Shown piece after piece: positions 49,195-52,084 of a stretch of DNA of 52,084 bases. A program made the position numbers and the translations under genes. The DNA is from Perkinsus chesapeaki ATCC PRA-425. Its lineage: Eukaryota > Protista > Perkinsozoa. Numbering within the stretch: the stretch's first letter is position 1; each line of letters opens with the position of its first letter. Under the pieces are notes generated by a model that did not search any database, was not told where the DNA came from, and worked only from the letters and a program-made list of their open reading frames with translations. Location: positions 1 to 52,084 of the forward strand of contig JAAPAO010000214.1 in assembly GCA_013115145.1 (NCBI GenBank), written 5' to 3'.

Positions 49195-49701
49195 TGAAAA
49201 GTGCTATTGTAGCCGGTAGCTATGCTTGCACGCATGGTTCGCGTCTCAGCTGCCGAGGCTCTGCTAAAGTCTCCTGATCTCTCGAGTATGCCCTCCCCGC
49301 AGCGTGTCTCCCTAGGCATGGTCAGAGTACGCTTCGGCCACCTGCATCTTACTCTACAGGTTTCAAACCTATATTCACTTCAGCATCAATATAATCCTGA
49401 CCGTAGACTTCTATTTGATGATACTCAGCATAACAGTTTGGTAACAATTACCAGTGAATATGTTGGCTCGTATGAGACCTTTTATATTTACCCTATTTGA
49501 ACTGGGGCGTACGAGGATCACTAGAGTAAGCTGTTATAAATCATAACAGCTTGGTTTGGTGAGCCTCTCTCTAAGAGAGGCTGCAAGAGAGGTTCTCTTG
49601 CCGCAAGAGTCTTGCAGCCTAACTACTCATGATGGCCGTGTCCATCAGATGATGCAGATGGGGTACTACGCCGCTAAGTTCAACTTAGTAAGTTATCTTC
49701 G

Positions 49702-51145
49702 TTCCTAGTAAGTTATTGCCAATAACTTATTAGTTGTAACGCAACTCGCAGGAGGCATGAGACATTAACAAGATACTATTACTATGGAGTGGCCCGAAGC
49801 GCACAGTGTTCCCGCGGCAATAGCATGGCTATCCAGAGAGTGGCGCGTGTTACAAAGATGGGCACAGATATAGACTAATATAGGACGGAAGTGCTATGAT
49901 GGACAAAAAAGAGACAGCTCAAGAGTATTACAGAACTGGCACGCCTACGGCAATGTATCTTCCAGCTGAGATGACTCATAATCTGATCCCAGAACAGCGA
50001 CTCGAGGACCTCGATACCATTCTAACGACATGGTAATCTCTTATCAAAGAGAGACGAAATTTGGTATCAGCGGGTTTGACATCTTTTCCAGGTGTGTTGG
50101 CATCCTCACGAGAATAGGCTTGGGCGGCGGAAAAGCTCCACTCTTCCAGCATCTCTCGAGATTTGATGATACCAACCTTCTCCTTCATATGCATATTCCT
50201 CGGCCTTTTGTGGGTGTGAACCAGTACTACTCTTTCAGAAAGAGTCATTCTGCCACCAATTGCGACAGTGGCATCAATACAGAGGTAATATACAGTAGCG
50301 AGCGGGGTGTACTTCTTCTAACCCTCAAAGCTGTTCTGAGAAAGCTTGCCCCCAAGAGCACAATCTCCACTCTTGTAGTCTCATTCGCGATAGCCCCACC
50401 CCGTATTTCATGAGCATGTAAACCCCGTTACAAAATAATATGACCTCTACACTTTCGAGCGTAAAATAGTAACGAGAAAGAGTTAGGACTTGATATTTTG
50501 TGAGAACACTACTTTAATACTTTCATTACTTTAGAATACTTGGCACTGCCAAGTTGGCAGTAATACTTCTTTTATATATTTCGGCGAAAATGCCTACAGA
50601 GGAGCCGAAGGGAAAGTATCAACTCTCAACTAGACAAGGCAAAACTAGAGAATATAGGAATGGTAGACTAATCAATAATATAGCAAAACAACAACTAAAC
50701 ATTATCAATGTATACTATATTATATAGTACACATGCCGCATGTGACATGCGCACTACCCAAGCGAAATATGTGTAGCGGTGCTAAGTTAGCGGACTTCCT
50801 AGTAAGCTGCTACTAATAACTTACTAGTAACTCGGCTGCAGGAGGCATGAGAGATCAACATAAGACTCTTATTATGAAGTGGTCCCCATTCGGGCCGCAC
50901 GAAGCGCACAGGGCTACTGCGGCAGTGGCATAGCTATCAGTTTCGATCGACCAAATTGTGGTGCGTCCTACAAACATGGGCACAGATACAGAATAATATA
51001 TGACGAGAAAGCTATGATGGGCAGATTTGGCACAGCTCAAGAGCTGTGTTGAAGTCAGAATTGAAGTATCAGTATTAGTTGAAAATACGGTTATTAAAGG
51101 CAATGTATTTGCTAGCTGAGGTGATTCAGAATCTGGCCCGAGAAC
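49702..51145. repeat. Diverged direct duplication: about 49702-49996 and about 50796-51145
   Basis: Shared blocks TTCCTAGTAAG, GCAGGAGGCATGAGA, CGAAGCGCACAG, ATGGGCACAGATA, GCTATGATGG and CAGCTCAAGAG occur in the same order. Confidence 0.8.
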
Positions 51146-51235
51146 CTTAACTTGAGATCGTCGAGACAAGTCTTGCCTCAAAAGAGGGGTGTTGCCGCGT
51201 TTCATCTCTATTGATGATACCATCATTATGATAGA

Positions 51236-51664
51236 CTAGCATTCTGGTGCGAGAGGGAGTCTGTAGCACACAAATCCTTCCTTTTGCATCACAACAAGAC
51301 GACGCCCTGCACTGGTCTCTATCACTCTCATAATCAGGAAAGTGTGGTCCAGAGTGTTAGGAAACGACCTTATCAAGTCGTTGCATTCTTTACCACCAAC
51401 GATGACTTGGATATAACCTTCGACTTCTTGCAGTCTATATACACATTTATATTTCTTATCCGGCAGGTCTTCTCTTCTTCTTATTAATTTCATCGTACGA
51501 TTATCAAAGAACTGGATACTGTAGACTAGCGCGTTGCTGAATGATAAACAGCGAACATATTTATCAGTGAGATATATTGGAGTGGAAACGATCTGGCCAA
51601 TGACCGCAGCCATAATGAACATGGCGTTCATGTTTGCAAATAAGTTATTTGGAATAACTGCCAA
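51236..51664 (-). CDS. Single-exon putative secreted hypothetical protein (about 130-142 aa)
   Basis: Leader MNAMFIMAAVIGQIVS followed by a Cys-containing globular region. Confidence 0.6.
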   Translation of the reverse strand: MAVIPNNLFANMNAMFIMAAVIGQIVSTPIYLTDKYVRCLSFSNALVYSIQFFDNRTMKLIRRREDLPDKKYKCVYRLQEVEGYIQVIVGGKECNDLIRSFPNTLDHTFLIMRVIETSAGRRLVVMQKEGFVCYRLPLAPEC

Positions 51665-52084
51665 TTCCGACGTCCTACTCCCACAAAGGAATATGCAATC
51701 ACGCTACGTTAATAACATATACTCGAAACGGCGACCATGGCGCGGCGGCACGGCGCCTGTGGAGCGGATTGTTCGTTTGCGAAATAGCAGGATTTCGAGC
51801 GGCCCCGTCCTCTGCCAACAGATAACGGGCTATGGGAGATGATAAGTGGCATTCCGCAGCCGTCTAACTCTGTTAAATGATCCCGGTGCTCTCGAAGCTA
51901 TTCAACGATTAGAAGATGAAGGTGCAGACAGCACGTTTGCGAATGGGGCGACGCAAGCGTTGCCAAGCTGATATTGTGCCACAATCCCACTGGGTCCAGG
52001 TAGGTTACTATTGTTGTGACCCCATGGAACTAGACATTTGGAAGATAAAGTTGAAACAATTTATTTAGTTATAAGTAATCGTAA

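Noticed and set aside
1-52084. Dinoflagellate/perkinsid spliced-leader relics (CCGTAGCCAT...GGCTCAAG), rRNA genes, CRISPR arrays
   Set aside because: Looked for by eye and found no convincing match.

Overview
Eukaryotic, gene-dense genomic DNA with many short GT-AG introns. The architecture and the families of secreted hypothetical proteins suggest a Perkinsus-like alveolate (inference, not verified). Recognisable genes are a bacterial-type GH36-like glycosidase, an intronless M50 site-2 protease, DUS3, NAA15, a secreted Sushi/CCP-repeat protein, two tandem signal-peptide GNAT acetyltransferases, a Myb-like domain protein, a LENG8/THP3-type SAC3-GANP protein, two weakly supported glycosyltransferase-like genes and small secreted ORFs. 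The window also holds three intact tRNA-Trp(CCA) genes, a 601-bp TA-flanked Tc1/mariner-type MITE and several minisatellites. The main unexplained signal is a high density of tRNA-like sequence in introns. Several introns of 43-70 nt consist almost entirely of a tRNA fragment, with splice sites at its edges. Other introns carry antisense tRNA fragments or whole tRNA-Trp genes, and an identical 20-mer resembling a tRNA A-box sits next to the 5' splice site in three different genes. This may reflect tRNA- or SINE-derived intron creation, or an intronic Pol III/TFIIIC element system. All splice sites were inferred by eye from reading-frame continuity, not from RNA data.
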